Shown: positions 47,243 to 61,284, counted from the first letter of the whole stretch. The stretch: 62,518 nt of DNA, filler included, from Nemertoderma westbladi (GCA_032718475.1; 3 parts of 3 records of this genome joined end to end with filler, not necessarily neighbours in it); one strand, 5' to 3'. Numbers and translations: made by a program. Notes: generated by a model from the sequence alone, not told the origin.

Positions 47243-48468
47243 TTTATAAACCTAACGTAGACAAATGTATACAGTGATTTATCAATAACACTACCAGCCT
47301 TCATGTACTGTAAAGTTTATCCTGGAAATATTATTATCTCATTGGACAATCCATCTTTGGAATACCCAATCAAAATTCTGAATATCGCTTTGCCAAAGCG
47401 TTTAAATAACCATCTTTCCTATACCAGGTAGTCATCATGTCAATACCTGAAAACACTGCATCTGAAATAGTTCATTGAAGCCTTCTACTACAATTATCCA
47501 ATCAGAATCGGTAATTTTTTAGTAAAGGAAGTGTGATAGTGCCTCAATTGGATGAAACCAAATATAATTAGTTAAAATTATGCAATTCGTAGTGAAATAA
47601 ATTCAGTGTATACAAAAATATACAGTCGGCCGGAAAGGGTTAAAGGAAAACACAATAGGATTCGTGAATACTTAATATGGTCTAAACCTTTATTATAACT
47701 GTACCTGACTGACACTCGCCTTCATCATATCTACAATAGACGCTCTATATTATTTATGTATCTTCTAAATCCTGTATCTACACTTTTAAGATTTAGATCA
47801 CCTCTAATGATGTTCATGTTGACATTGCTGGGGTGTTACCATGGGACTAATATATTATTTGTGGCACCGTACTTTATGTTCGACTTTCCCCATACATACA
47901 TACACAATATATGCCGTCAATGCGTTAACTTCACCCTTACCATCACTATCTATACTTATATGTTACCGATGGTTATTTTAATGATTGGTGCAGTTTTCTT
48001 TATTTCTACTACTAAAATGTACTCATCATCGATCCTTTTTATACCTCGATGACTTATTTTACTACAACAACGGTAATATACCTGACCTAATTAATGGGAT
48101 ATTAGTAACCAGCTTCTGGTGTAATAATATGTACACAATAATTGTTTATTATGTATCGCCATTTCTCTATGTAACCCTATAATATCTGTCAGATTTTATT
48201 ATGCTGTGCACTTTTTACTCCATTAATATCAATTTTATTTGATTAAAGACAATGAAATGAAATTTGTCAATGAATTATTGATATTTTAAATTTAATGGGA
48301 ATCGCGTTTTAGTATATTTAATCGCTGAGAAACTTGATCTCATTGTACTAGAGTATTCTAAATTTAAAAGGTTATAAAAGCAAAGAACGCGACATTTTCG
48401 TAATGTTTGTTTTATAGTATTTATATATAATTATTAAGTTTTATTATTCAATTTATATTTATTTTTAG

Positions 48469-49208
48469 GTTGTCCTAATCCTATCACACATAGACCGATA
48501 GCAAACATTTCCATTGGCTCCAGCCAATCAGAACTGGACACGCGGCAACCCGGAACTGTAGTGCTCCAACCGAACCCGACGGTGGTGGCGGGGCCAGACC
48601 CCCCTGGGTCGGGGACCCCAGACACGGCAATCAACCCGCGGGCCATCGTATGCGGCGTGGTCGGCGTCATAGTTACCGTGTTCCTATTTATCGTGATCTC
48701 CGTGTGCTGGACCAAACTGCGCCGCTCGCGCTGTAGCGTGGCCCCCCAGCCCCCCGAATCGATTCTGTACACCCCAACCGCAAACCGAGGGGGCGCCGGC
48801 AGCCCCCCGCCGCCCCCTTGTATCAACCACGCGCGGTTCCGCCCCCCTAGTAGTCGCAGAGACACCGAGTCGTCGGAAGACCCCCCGCCCCCCTATGTCT
48901 CCTTCAACTCGCTGGATCGTTCCGGTTGCGCTCTCATCGACGCCCCTGTTTGCGCCCAGGGCTGCGCCCTCATCGCCCTGCCCAAGGCCGACCGGTTATG
49001 GGCGGCCACCAGCAGCTGCCCCGCATCCCTAGACGTTTCGCCGACACTCCCCCCTCGCGGGTTGCCTAGTTACCGGTGCGACGCGCCCCGTAGTCGCGAT
49101 GTGAGTCTCTCCTCGTCGGCGGGCAGCTCCGGCGGTTTCCCAGACGGCGTCCCAACGGGATGCGACGACTGCGTGTCGTTGCTTCCCCGTGGTAACGGGA
49201 TTCCATAG
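48469..49208 (+). CDS. CUB/LDLa receptor, last coding exon (TM plus cytoplasmic tail with PPxY)
   Basis: Acceptor ATTTTTAG|GT TGT. A phase-1 join gives DESEAAG-C, completing the LDLa, in frame with ORF 48561-49208. TM AIVCGVVGVIVTVFLFIVISVCW; PPPPY and LPSY motifs. Confidence 0.8.
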
Positions 49209-52200
49209 CAACAGTATCAAAACCACATCACGTCGTCAATTTATACCAACAGAATAACAAAGCGTCGGTATCTATAGCAACCAATATTCCATTTCGTCGG
49301 CAATCCATAGCAACATGAAAGCCTTATTAGCAAAGGAATTCACAACAACGGGTGCTTTACATTTTAATCGTTTTACCAATCTGCCGCGCTGTGGCATTTC
49401 CCTGGAATTCCTTGATACTTTCACGGAATTCCATATCACCATTAGCAACGAGAATCTATAGTCTTTATAGTGTAATTGTCACTTATAACTGTCTGTTTGC
49501 GAATTCGGTCTTATTAACGACTTCTAAGTTCTAAGGCAGGGTGGATTATAGACTCTGTGTCTATAACTCACCCTGCCGCACCAAAACTTAGTTCTTATAA
49601 TTAGCGAATTGTAATTAACGCTCTGAGCTATACAGTAGTTCTTATGAGTTGCAATTTTCCATTGCGAAGTCTGGAAATAGCTCATTGCATTTAAATGTTA
49701 TTTTGAAATAATTTGGATGTCTTTCTTTCGATGTTTTGAATCCTTTTAGTCACATTTATTGACATTAATTAATTATTATTGTCAACGTGAAATATTGAAA
49801 ACATCAATAAACTAACTGAATGCTGCTATAATATTAATGGATATATTATTATTTAAATCCATTTGCATGACAAAGACAAGCAGAGAACGACTTTCAACCA
49901 AAGTAGTTCTGTTGCAGCAGTGGGTGTAGTGTAATTAACAATAACAAAGTTTACTTTGGAAATAATAATTATAACTCCAAAGTTAGAGAGCAAATTATTT
50001 ATAGTTTATTTTTCGGTACATCATTAGGATAATAGGTGGGGTCGGGTAGTCCATCTAAATTATGAGTATTATTTTGGGACATCCTGTATTTCATTACCAT
50101 AACCATAGCAACGTAAAATGCCAGTAAACTGAGTAAACAGTGTGCTCTGTGGTTATCAGCACGACTGTTAACGTGATATCTTAGTAAAACTGGCCTAAAT
50201 CATAGTAAATACTTAAAGTAATGTAGCAAATCAATGTTAAAATTTATTTATAATTAAGTCTATCGCAATTTAATATCATGCGCTCTATTTTTTTCGGTCG
50301 CGAGATGTAAATTTGGCGTATAATAAACAGGTTTTTATTCATATGTCTGGTCTGTCTACTTAAATCACGGAGTGTAAGTAAGTCATGTTTAAAAACAGGT
50401 AAAGTTAGTTAATCTGAGGACAACGACCATTATTTGCAATATTTTAAACTAATATTATAGTAACCAACTTATTGCCCAGGTGTACAGAAGGTCAATCAAT
50501 ACTTTATATTTCTACTAATTTCTTTCAATTCCCATTTTTTTCTATTTACCAGATTTAATTCGAGATATTTTTATTATTGATTTTAATCATGGGCATATAT
50601 ATATGATCAGTATGTATAACTAACTTGATTTTTTTTTATTTTCGACTACCAATTTTTATGTTTTTTTCTGCGAAATTAACCCAATCAATCTCGAAATTAT
50701 CATTTACAATAATATTTAACGCACCCGATATCTATTTAATGTGTACAGGAACTAAATTATCATTTAAATATTATTATACTTACTCAGTATAACTCGAGTG
50801 ATATAAGAAAGGACGTGACATAATGTTTTCATATTCACTTTACGTTGTGTAATAAATATTTTTCTTTAGCCATGTAAATATAACTTTTCTAGCAGTTAAT
50901 GAATGTAGCAGGTTGGGGGTTAATAAACTTTTAATTGTGTCGAATTTATGGTTTTATACATGAAGCGCATTGCTTTATTAATAAAACAAAAATGTAGATT
51001 CATAAATTCCTAATTGAACGAACATATTGCTAATTTTCCCGGTAAATATAATATTACAAAATGTCATCAACATTTTTGAAAATAATTTCATACAAATTAT
51101 TTAAATTGTGGCAGTGAACGTTTACTAACTGAGTTATTTTCAGTCACTGTTTTATTCATATTCGTATATAGCCATGCATTAAAATTATTAAATAGGCTAT
51201 TTTTATATATTGGAGATACAATATTTATAATGTAAATGCGACATACCTTGAGGGTGAGTTCGCATGGACGAGGATTATTTCTAGTATTTAGTTTAATTAT
51301 TAATTAATTATTGATGTACCAGATAATTGTTGTTGGTGGCGGGTTTTACCCAGGTTTTGTGCAACTTAGTGTAAATTATGTAATTATTTAAAAAAAACCA
51401 TGTCCCGTAAAATATTTCTATAATATCCCCAGTCAGGTCGCTGAGAAATTAAAGGAGTATTTGAAAGATCAAAACTCAATCGTCAATTTATATACTTAAA
51501 AACAAACAGACAGATCATATTTTTATTTAAATAATATCCAGAGCGGGATGTGGGCGCAAATCTAATTAACATCTCGGTTGTTTAAGAATGTTAAATATCA
51601 ATGAATGAAAAGGAGCAGGTTATTGCGGCACTTTGCTCTAATACTCATAACCAAAACAACAAACGAGTGTCAATAGAACAGGTTGCAGTTTCATTTTTCC
51701 TGAAATTAGCTATATGTTAGATTTCCTCTAAAGGAGGATGAATGTAGATTGAATCAAGAATCCCCCCCCCCCCCCCCCCCCCACCCGCATACCCAATTTT
51801 CAATAAAATTTAGGAGTATTTTGTTATACCGCTGGACATGGAGGCCGCTTTTAATTAGGCTGATTGTTTATTAGTAGTGTTACTTTAAGGTGGTTGGTTG
51901 TGGTTATCAACTGTTTTTTTTTGTTTTAACGAACCTGTTGTACTCCCATTAATGAATGACTACTGCCATTATTAAAGTCTCATGATAACGGTTGCTATTT
52001 TATATCATTTACTTAGGTTTGTAATCGTTTCTTTAACAATGTTGTCATTAATAAGTGAGATTCATTCAACTCCTGCCAATACCTTACAATATGGCAGGTG
52101 AATAATTGTGCTTGTATTGAAAAATAGCGCAGTAGTTTAATTAAATAATGTATGAACGTGGAAATTAGTTTAATAATTGTAATAATAGTTTAATAATTAT

Positions 52201-52921
52201 ATTAATTATATTGTGTGTAGTGTTTCCTTTATAAGTCCCATATTCTATAAGTAGTTTAAGTAGGCTAACTATCTATTGCTTCCCTTATCACTTTTATCTT
52301 TTACCCTATTTTCCAAAATTCAATTCCAATCCCCTATAATATATTATATTGCCTCAACCTCATATCTAACCCTGCTATAACATATTGAGTCCCACCCATC
52401 CACTACATTTCCACCTCCCACTTACCATATTTGCCTCATCCATTTACCATATTTCTCGCCTAAAATATTATTGGCCTCTACCCACCTACAATATTTTTCA
52501 CCCACTGATTTACAATATTATTGCACACAACCCCCCCCCCCCCCCCCCCCCCCCCTCCCAGCATTACATGTAACAGCCAAGAGAGATGAACCATCGGGTT
52601 GCAATTTAACCATTAACCCAACGACCATAATGTCCCCAACCTTCTACCATATTGCCCCCTCAATTTAATATATTATTTCACTCATCTACTATATTGCCCC
52701 CCACAATCTACCCCCCCCCCCAAATACCATAATTCCCCTATTAAACCTACTAAACATTTAATCAATTAAATACGGACACATAGTTCCTTAAGTTCCTATA
52801 AATAATGCACATAAATATCAAGCCATGTCACCAAAATCACCCATGTCATCTCTATTACCTCTGTGAGACTAATAATGCTGTACAATGCACTCGGTTGTAT
52901 GCGACCATGATTTCATTGAAC

Positions 52922-53021
52922 NNNNNNNNNNNNNNNNNNNNNNNNNNNNNNNNNNNNNNNNNNNNTTAATTAATTAANNNNNNNNNNNNNNNNNNNNNNN
53001 NNNNNNNNNNNNNNNNNNNNN
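52922..53021. other. Artificial contig spacer
   Basis: Same N/TTAATTAATTAA/N linker as at 31208. Confidence 0.97.
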
Positions 53022-53025
53022 TTAA

Positions 53026-54530
53026 CCCTATTAGTACCGGGCTATAAAATGCTGTACAAATACCGGGGGGGGGTCATATTGACCCCTCCCTCTAAAATCT
53101 ACAAATATTAACGAAAACGTCTGATTTTTTGTTTGTACGTAGGTATCACTAGTCTGGATCCGACCGAAAAAAAAAATTTTCAAAAAAATGGACTGGAGTG
53201 GTAATATTGCAGCACCAAAATTACAAGTAGTGCACAATTTTCACAAAATTTGAAAGTTACATTTTTTGGCTAATTGTTTTTCAATACAGGTTTTCTGGGG
53301 CGCAAAATACATTGGAAAATATTTAAAAATGATATGATTACCATAAATGGCTGTTTAGTCCTCTATGCGTAGGAAAAAAATGAAAAAAACAAGTAACCAG
53401 CACTTTTCAGTTAGAACACAAAATTTTTAATTCACTTATACGATGCTATAAATTCACATTTTTAGGTTTTCTAGGGCGCTGATTCTAATGGAATACATTT
53501 CAAATATGCTAGATCATTGCTACTTGTATTTTTCGGCGTAATTTGACAAATTTTGGTGCTAGCACCAAATTTCGTACCCATCACCAAAAAGTACAAGTTT
53601 GCGATGTCCAGTGCTGTTTTTATTGTTTCCATCGGATTCAGGACCCTCATAAACCCGTATAACGCAAGAAACAAGATGATACTATCTACTGATCAATTTA
53701 CTCATTTTCCAAAATTTGGTGCAAAACAACAATTTTCACTGATTCCATTGAATTCAGAACCCTGACAAACCCATATAACGCAAGAAACAAGATGACACAA
53801 TCAATTGATATATTTGATGGTTTTCAAAATTTGGTGCTAGCACCACATTTTGCACCCACTTCCGAAAAATACAAGTTTGAGATGTCAAGTTCGATAATTA
53901 TATATTCCATTGAATTCAGAACAGCCATAAACCTCTAAAATGCAAGAAATAAATTGTCACAAGCAATTTTATCTATTGAATGGATTTTCAAAATTTCGTG
54001 CTAGCACCAAAATTTGCACACAGCACCGAAAAATACAAGTTTGATACGCTTGGTGCAACTCGTATATATTTCATCAAAACCAGAACCCCAAATTACCCCA
54101 ATTGCGTAAAAAACAAGTTTCAAACAATCAATTTACAAAATTGACATATTTCAAAATTTGGTGCTGGCACCAAAATTTGGCACTCGCCGAAAAAAACAAG
54201 TTTGAAATTTCTAAATCAATTTATATGAATTCCATCCAATTGCTAACACCAAAAAACCGGTGTAAATAAAAAATAGAGATGTTACAATTAATATTTAATG
54301 AAATGTAATTTTCAAAAAACGTCTCAAAAAAAGTGCCAAAAGTAGGGTTAAAAAATGGTGCTATAACTCGAAAACTACCCAATATTTTTGAAAACGGTTT
54401 TCACTGCTAGGAAGACAATAGATTTTTAGGAAAAGTCATAAAATTTCAGAATTCCAACTGCGTTTGTTTCAGAATTATAATAAAAAAACCACGGGAGGGG
54501 TCATATTGACCCCCCCCGGGTTTAATAGGG
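53026..54530. mobile_element. Non-autonomous piggyBac-like element
   Basis: TTAA|CCCTATTA...TAATAGGG|TTAA; subterminal GGGGTCATATTGACCCC palindromes at both ends; internal ~115-165-bp repeats carrying TTTGGTGCTAGCACCAAA; no transposase ORF. Confidence 0.85.
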
Positions 54531-54739
54531 TTAAAAGAACCACGGCATCTGCTGGAGTGACCGAAGCACAAAGTCACCAGTCTTGTCCTACGCCAAGCAG
54601 CCCGTGTAGTACCGGGGTTAATTTAACTATAACGGTATGTATAACAAGCACAATTACTGTAGGGATAAACTTGGGGACATGAATGTTGCGAATAATCGCA
54701 TAAACTCTGAATAATAAATATTACGCTACCCGTACAGAA

Positions 54740-55230
54740 TACTCAAACAAAATACAAACCAGACGCTGGCAGACTACTATCAAGCCTAAACAAACTACAG
54801 TATGTGCAGATTCTGAAACTGTTAGTTAGTATGCGTTCTAACACGGTAGTACGACTTACTCTTTAAGAGGGGATTGACCTTACAGCATATGGCTGCCCCA
54901 ACTTACTAACGGCACTTGATCAGACAAACTCTACACACGCAGCAATCCCTTCAGGCCTAAGAATAGCTAGACAACAATCCAGCCTACAAAATATTTGGGT
55001 AATAACTATTACGGTACCTGAACAGACTACACAAACAAACACAAGCCAAAATGCTGGCAGACCACGATCAAGCCTAAATAAACTACAGTATATGCAGACT
55101 CTGAAACTGTTAGTTAGTATGCGTTCTAACACGGTAGTACGACTTATTCTTTAAGAGGGGATTGACCTTACAGCATATGGCTGCCCCAACTTACTAACGG
55201 CACTTTATCAGACAAACTCTACACACGCCG
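54740..55230. repeat. Direct duplication, ~289-bp period
   Basis: AAACTACAGTAT...CAGACAAACTCTACACACGC at ~54792 and ~55081. Confidence 0.9.
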
Positions 55231-55451
55231 TAATCTCTCCAAACTCAACAACAGTCAGACAGCAGCTCAGCCTACAATTATCTGAACAATCTGAGCAGGG
55301 TAACACGCCTTCTGCTCAATATTAGCCTACTAGTAAATAAAACTGACAGAAATAGACCTAAGTAAAATCCCAATAAAAACCAGGCGTCCCCGATTTAATA
55401 TCGAGACCTACCGGTATACAATAATCAAGATCGAATAATACTAATGTACTT

Positions 55452-55665
55452 ATACAGCAGTACCGGTTAGGACAGTTGGGCCTACAGACCTACAGAAGTA
55501 CCGGTTCTGGCAGTTGGACCTACGGACCTACAGCAGTACCGGTTCTGACAGTTGGGCCTACTGACCTACAGAAGTACCGGTTCTGGCAGTTGGACCTACG
55601 GACCTACAGCAGTACCGGTTCTGGCAGTTGGGCCTACTGACCTACAGAAGTACCGGTTCTGGCTT
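55452..55665. repeat. ~38-bp tandem repeat
   Basis: TACAG(C/A)AGTACCGGTTCTGGCAGTTGG(G/A)CCTAC..ACC, 5-6 copies. Confidence 0.9.
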
Positions 55666-56894
55666 ACCGGTCACTACGGTATTTTGCAACCTTATTGCCT
55701 ACTGCAATAAGATCGTTAACTGTTACTGTTCGCGCCTTTGAAGACCTTTAGCAGTTTAACCTGCCAAAATTTATATGTCTTTTAGTTAATTGAAACACCT
55801 TTAGCATACGACAATATTTTATGCTAATACACAAAACATTACCCGAAGTCAGCCCATGCGCGATCATTCACCCGATGGATCTACACCCGGGAGGCTGAAT
55901 TCGGCTGCTTAAATTTTATTATTGCAGTGTAAGGTTGCAGTGTAAACCTACTGTATTATTCGATAGATCGTTAATAATTAATTTCTGACAGATATTATTG
56001 GCTTTCGGGAAATATTAACAGTTCCTTTAGGACGTGGCGCTCTATCTATTTAAACAGAACTAGGACTTATACTAAACGCAACGATACCGCTTATGATTAA
56101 AGTATAAGGCGTATTCTTTAGGAAATACTTTGTTACCAATCACAATCATGCACACTATTCTGCCGACCGTCAGTAAATTTGATCACACATAAAGAGAGCA
56201 GCAATTGACTCATGTAGGGTCTGCTAAATAACATTAGATTCAATACACACCACATTAATATAAATCGCAATTGTTATGTATAGCCTGTCTCTCTAACCTG
56301 TAGTGTATCAAGAAAATTGGGAAATTTGGGTGATTTATCCGTATTATCCAAAGAGCAATATTTCCATCAACAAATAGATACAATTAATAACTGACGGTAA
56401 ATAACAGTACAAACAATATGATTAATAGTGAGTTAAGTAAGTTAAGATTGATTAGTTAAGGTAACAGTTATACTTTCGATAATTTAAGCAGTTTTACTGG
56501 AGTTATTCCCAAAAGCCGGTGTTATGGCGAAAAATGGGAACATAACAACCGAATCATATGAAGAATCATATGACTAGAATGACTATACGAGTATACCAAC
56601 TACCCTTATTCCCCGAAGCTCCCGTCCAACACAGAGGATGAAGCAGTGAGATAGGAAATTCAGTTCAGTAGCTCTGGGATAGGTCGAAATCAACGCCCAC
56701 TCAAATTCTATTGGCCGATACGGACAGCAAGGCTAAGGCAACCTCTCTAAGCTAGTTGGCCGATTAAACTGAGCCCAGATATCTCCGTACAGCACATCAG
56801 CCAATAAGCTGGTAGCTTGCACTATTTTAGTTATAAATCCCTTTGAGAGTATTCTAGCGACTGGGGGGGAACTGGCCAGCAAAGGCAAACGTAT

Positions 56895-56977
56895 CAGTTA
56901 TCCCACAAAAGCTTTTACAGAAGATCACCCATGGTGGTTAACCGGGGGATTCATTCCTTAGCTTAACGAGCCTAAAA
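56895..56977 (+). mobile_element. Retroposon 3' tail related to the SINE at 11741-12240
   Basis: GAAGATCACCCATGGTGG...CATTCCTTAGCTTAACGAGCCTAAA is the reverse complement of ~11742-11800. Confidence 0.6.
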
Positions 56978-57325
56978 GATTCTCCCATTCATAATATGTC
57001 TGTATGTTACAAACATTGCTTGTACTAGCTGACTAGAGCCTAATATTTACATATTTAGAGGTCACGTAGGTGACCTGCATATCTTGTTGTAGTTCTGTAG
57101 TTAGTACTGTCAGACTGTTGTTTACTGGTTTATGTATTATTGTTCTGATTAGTAGGCCTAAACACTGCTGTCAGGCTGTCATAGTAGTACTGTATGTACT
57201 GATGTATTAGCGTTAGGCCATTATTTCACGCATTTCAGCATTTCAGTATTACTGATTCATCAGTTCTGCAGTTCATGACTCATTGATTCAACATCGACTT
57301 CTTCCGAAAGGGAATGCTATGAAAA

Positions 57326-57985
57326 ATGGCAGCTTTGGGAAATTTTTTCAATAAAGACAAAACCTTCAGACCGAAAAAGAAGTTTCAAGAAGGGACAATG
57401 CGTCATCAGTTGCACAAACAGGCGAAGGCCTCGTTGCAGCAGGGCCTCGATCTCCGGCAGGTGGTCAACCTGCCGGACAACGAGGAGATCGACGACTGGA
57501 TCGCAGTCCACGTCGTCGACTTCTTCAACCGGATCAACCTGATCTACGGGACGGTGTGCGAGCAGTGCACCCCGGCGACCTGTCCGACAATGTCGGGCGG
57601 CGCCAAGTACGAGTACATGTGGGCGGACGGCGAGCGATTCAAGAAGCCTACCAAGATGCCGGCATCCGAGTACATCAACCATCTCATGGACTGGATCGAG
57701 AAGCAGATAAACGACGAAAACCTCTTCCCGATAGTCGACACGAGCCCATTCCCTAGGAATTTCCGTCAGATTTGCAAGAAGATTCTGACGCGTCTCTACC
57801 GCGTGTTCGTACATGTCTACGTCCATCATTTCGATGCCATAGTTAATATCGGCGCGGAACCTCACGTGAACGCCTGCTATAAACATTTCTTCTACTTCGT
57901 TAACGAATTCAAGTTGGTCGACAAGAAGGAATTCGAGCCTCTAAAGGATATGACGATACGTCTATGTGGAGCACAGCCCTTATGA
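57326..57985 (+). CDS. MOB3: MOB kinase activator 3, intronless
   Basis: [44 protein letters not shown] and [14 protein letters not shown] are diagnostic of the MOB3 subfamily; 219 aa, complete. Confidence 0.95.
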   Translation: MAALGNFFNKDKTFRPKKKFQEGTMRHQLHKQAKASLQQGLDLRQVVNLPDNEEIDDWIAVHVVDFFNRINLIYGTVCEQCTPATCPTMSGGAKYEYMWADGERFKKPTKMPASEYINHLMDWIEKQINDENLFPIVDTSPFPRNFRQICKKILTRLYRVFVHVYVHHFDAIVNIGAEPHVNACYKHFFYFVNEFKLVDKKEFEPLKDMTIRLCGAQPL

Positions 57986-60900
57986 CAATTAAAGACAAAG
58001 CCTAAATGCGTTTAGAGCTTTGTTTTGTATCTTTCTAGTTCTGCTCTACTGCGAATTAACAACCTTATTTATTTAATATTTGGAAATGAAACATCGACTC
58101 TGTTATGCTTAAACTATTAAACATATATACAGTTTCACTAAAGCATACCGATTCGTACTTTATTTCATTTGAGGAAACATTTACAGAATATAATTATTAT
58201 GTGCTTGTTTCCGTGTTACCCGTTACCGGGTAGCACACAATCTATTTCCATGGAGTCGCTATACTATAATTTAGCATACATTGTCCGTACAACCACATTA
58301 ACGGTGTATATCTCACTTTCACAATAGCCATGGTAAATGTGATTTTAAATTTACCACCACAACTCACAACGTATTATTGGATGCTAACCGTCCAGGGGGG
58401 GGGGGGGGGGGGGGGGGGGGTCTGGTCACGCCATTTTCTCTTCACCACACCAATTCGCATATTCTTATGTAAAATTGTAATAAGTGCGTTGGTCATTTTT
58501 AAATCATAATAGAGAGAGCTAAGACTAGCGGCATCATTGTAAATCCGCTCCGCTATGCCAATATAGTGCCGCAAATGTCTTCAAATTTATCGGTGAACCT
58601 TGCATAGCAGTATATAGTTATATAGTAGATTATCTCCATATATATCATATATAGTAGAATTGTTCTGGAACACATTACGATTACATATTAATTTTATTTG
58701 TTTTTGCGTGTAAAGAAATTCACGAATCCGGGGTTGAACAATGCCAGGTTTACATCAGTGGGATTATTGATGACAACAATATTCTACCAAAATTACCAGA
58801 AACAATACTATATACTTCATTGCAAGGTACACATTGTCACCTTGTTTAAGCTTATTTATTATAGCAACAGCTACATCGCAACATCTTCATATTGTTGTAT
58901 CTTCTTCACTTACACACCAGCTGTACTGTGTGAGTTTCTTCCGTTTGGGGATACGTAATGTATCCCATCGTCGGTATGTACCTACTTAATTGATTTTCAC
59001 AGGTTTTTGATTTCGAATATTAAATTAGGGCAACTGAATTCTTCACCAACGGCTTACTCTGTTTCGAATCGACGCCTTTTTTTTATTTGTATTTAATTTA
59101 TGCGTAATGGTTGAATTTATCGAATGTGGGCGGGGGGGGGGGTGGGGGGGGGGGGGGGTGGGTTGGAAGACGTATGTAACAATTATATACTTCGTTTTCC
59201 GACAACTTTTTTTTTCCCAATTTATAATACTGTAGTTAGGTTGAGATTTTGGGGAAAATTTTTTTACACTGTTAAAAACCTGTATTTTTGAAGAATTTAT
59301 TTAACAGTTAAATATTTGTGATAGGTGTTACGTGTGTTGTAATTTTAAATATATTTAGTAGACAGTTGATTCTTGATTGGCGTGGTACTGGTATGTGACT
59401 TGGGGTCTACAGTATTGGTTTTTGCTTTTCGTTTGCAACAAAATGCGAACCGACACGACACTAATCAACAATTGCTTTACATTTTAATTAAGTGAGTGCC
59501 AATGCTCTCTTACACGTGTTTAGAGTTTGAACGGTGTCAGACTTTTAGGGATTTCGGGGATTAGTACGGGATTTTCTCCGATTCTGGATTTCAATTTTGA
59601 ATAAATCTATGTAACTGTTTATTTCTTACGACTGAAATACTACAAGATGTATAATTCATTATAGTGGGCCTATATTACTGAATAGCTTACTGATATCATT
59701 TCAAAACAGTTAATAAGCTTTAGTACCGGTACCTATATCTTTAATCGACAAATTTTACTTGGCTATTTAGACTCCGGGTTACCGATTTGAGTTGGGTTTG
59801 GATATCTGTCTGCTGCACTCAATGTAGTAAAGAACACGGATGGTTAAAGTAAAAAAAGTGTTACCCATCGCCTTGGATGCAAAAACCTTATCATCAAAGG
59901 GATATATTTTAATGTGAAATTGTGTAAAATAATTTATGTTTTCGTTATAATTTAATTGAAGTTTATAGAATTCTGTATATTTTTATTCTCTATTATCACA
60001 AATTGTTTTGTGATATTTTCTAATTGTAAATGGCTGTTTGTTTGTGTCTATTCTTCCAGCCATATGTAGTTTATTTATCTATTATATAGAGCTTAGTGCT
60101 TATTTTAAATGCAATAATATAATTATTAATCTCTGCACTACTGGTTGGTTGTCTATATATTATATCCCAATAATGCCCCCCCCCCCCCCCCCCCCGTAGT
60201 TATTTATAAATCGGGCAGCCGATATGCAATTTATTGAAATCCGATCGTCCAAGTTCCGTTTCAATACAAAGGTTAAAAATGAGCGCCCCCATAAATCTTA
60301 TATAAGTACCTTTTTTTAATGTTAGTGCTTATCTAGTCAATACGTATCCTTGTTAAAGGTAGGGAGGGGGTGGGGAGGGGGTATTAGTACGGATAGCTTT
60401 GTCTATATAGATAGAAATGTGTGCCTCGTATCTAGATATATATTTTTGAATGGTATTATATTTGATATTTATGGCTTTAATATTATGTAGGAAATCCTTC
60501 TTATTTAAATACTAGAAGTCCTGCTGCACGTAAGTGTGTGATATTTCTTATATTGATCGTATGTTTGTGTGAAATGTGTTGATTTTTTCCTTATCGTTAA
60601 AGGTAAATTATAGTGTCACGTGACTCCTCAGTATGATATTTTATTTATATAAATTATGTACAGTACTACAGCTATAATATGGCCGCTAATGGTGACAATT
60701 TAACTTTTAGTCAAGACAGAAAAGGGGCCTTTTAAAACTTTCAATTATAATTGATTGCCATATTAAATTTATTATACGTCTTCATTAAACCTCATGTATA
60801 TTAATTTCCTTTTGAAATTGCTGATATGAAGTCTTCAAAGGTAAATAAAGTATATACTATATATAGGAAAAAAAAGTATAATAAATAGGTGATATAGTAG

Positions 60901-61284
60901 AATGTTTTAGCATCTGCTCTTTATTAGCGCTTATTCTGGAACATACTTTTTCTATTAATTATAGTGTTCTAGAGTCAAATAGAGTTAAATAAAAAGCTGT
61001 CGGACTATTAATTACACTGAAATGCTTTGTTGTGAACGTAATCGAAGACACCTATTGTTTATTATTAGAGGAATTACGGCGGGTATATGCCGATTGATAT
61101 TAATGGCGTGTGACCCTCTATTGTGATTATTGTGCGTTTCTTTATCCTATTTATATGTCAATTAAATAATTGTTAACAAATATCTTCAAATATTTTAATC
61201 GTCCAATCAGAGCGTCGAACCATAGTCTGCTTGAAATTAATAACGCCTTCTACGCCTACCCTATACTGTACTTTGTTTCGGTTC

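Noticed and set aside
45901-47277. Cluster of His/Pro/Thr-rich ORFs
   Set aside because: Open in several frames because of the underlying minisatellite.
47622-47643. piggyBac-like right end (CCGGAAAGGG|TTAA)
   Set aside because: No matching left end was found, so no element boundaries could be called.
57317-57886. 189-aa antisense ORF
   Set aside because: Shadow of the GC3-rich MOB3 CDS.
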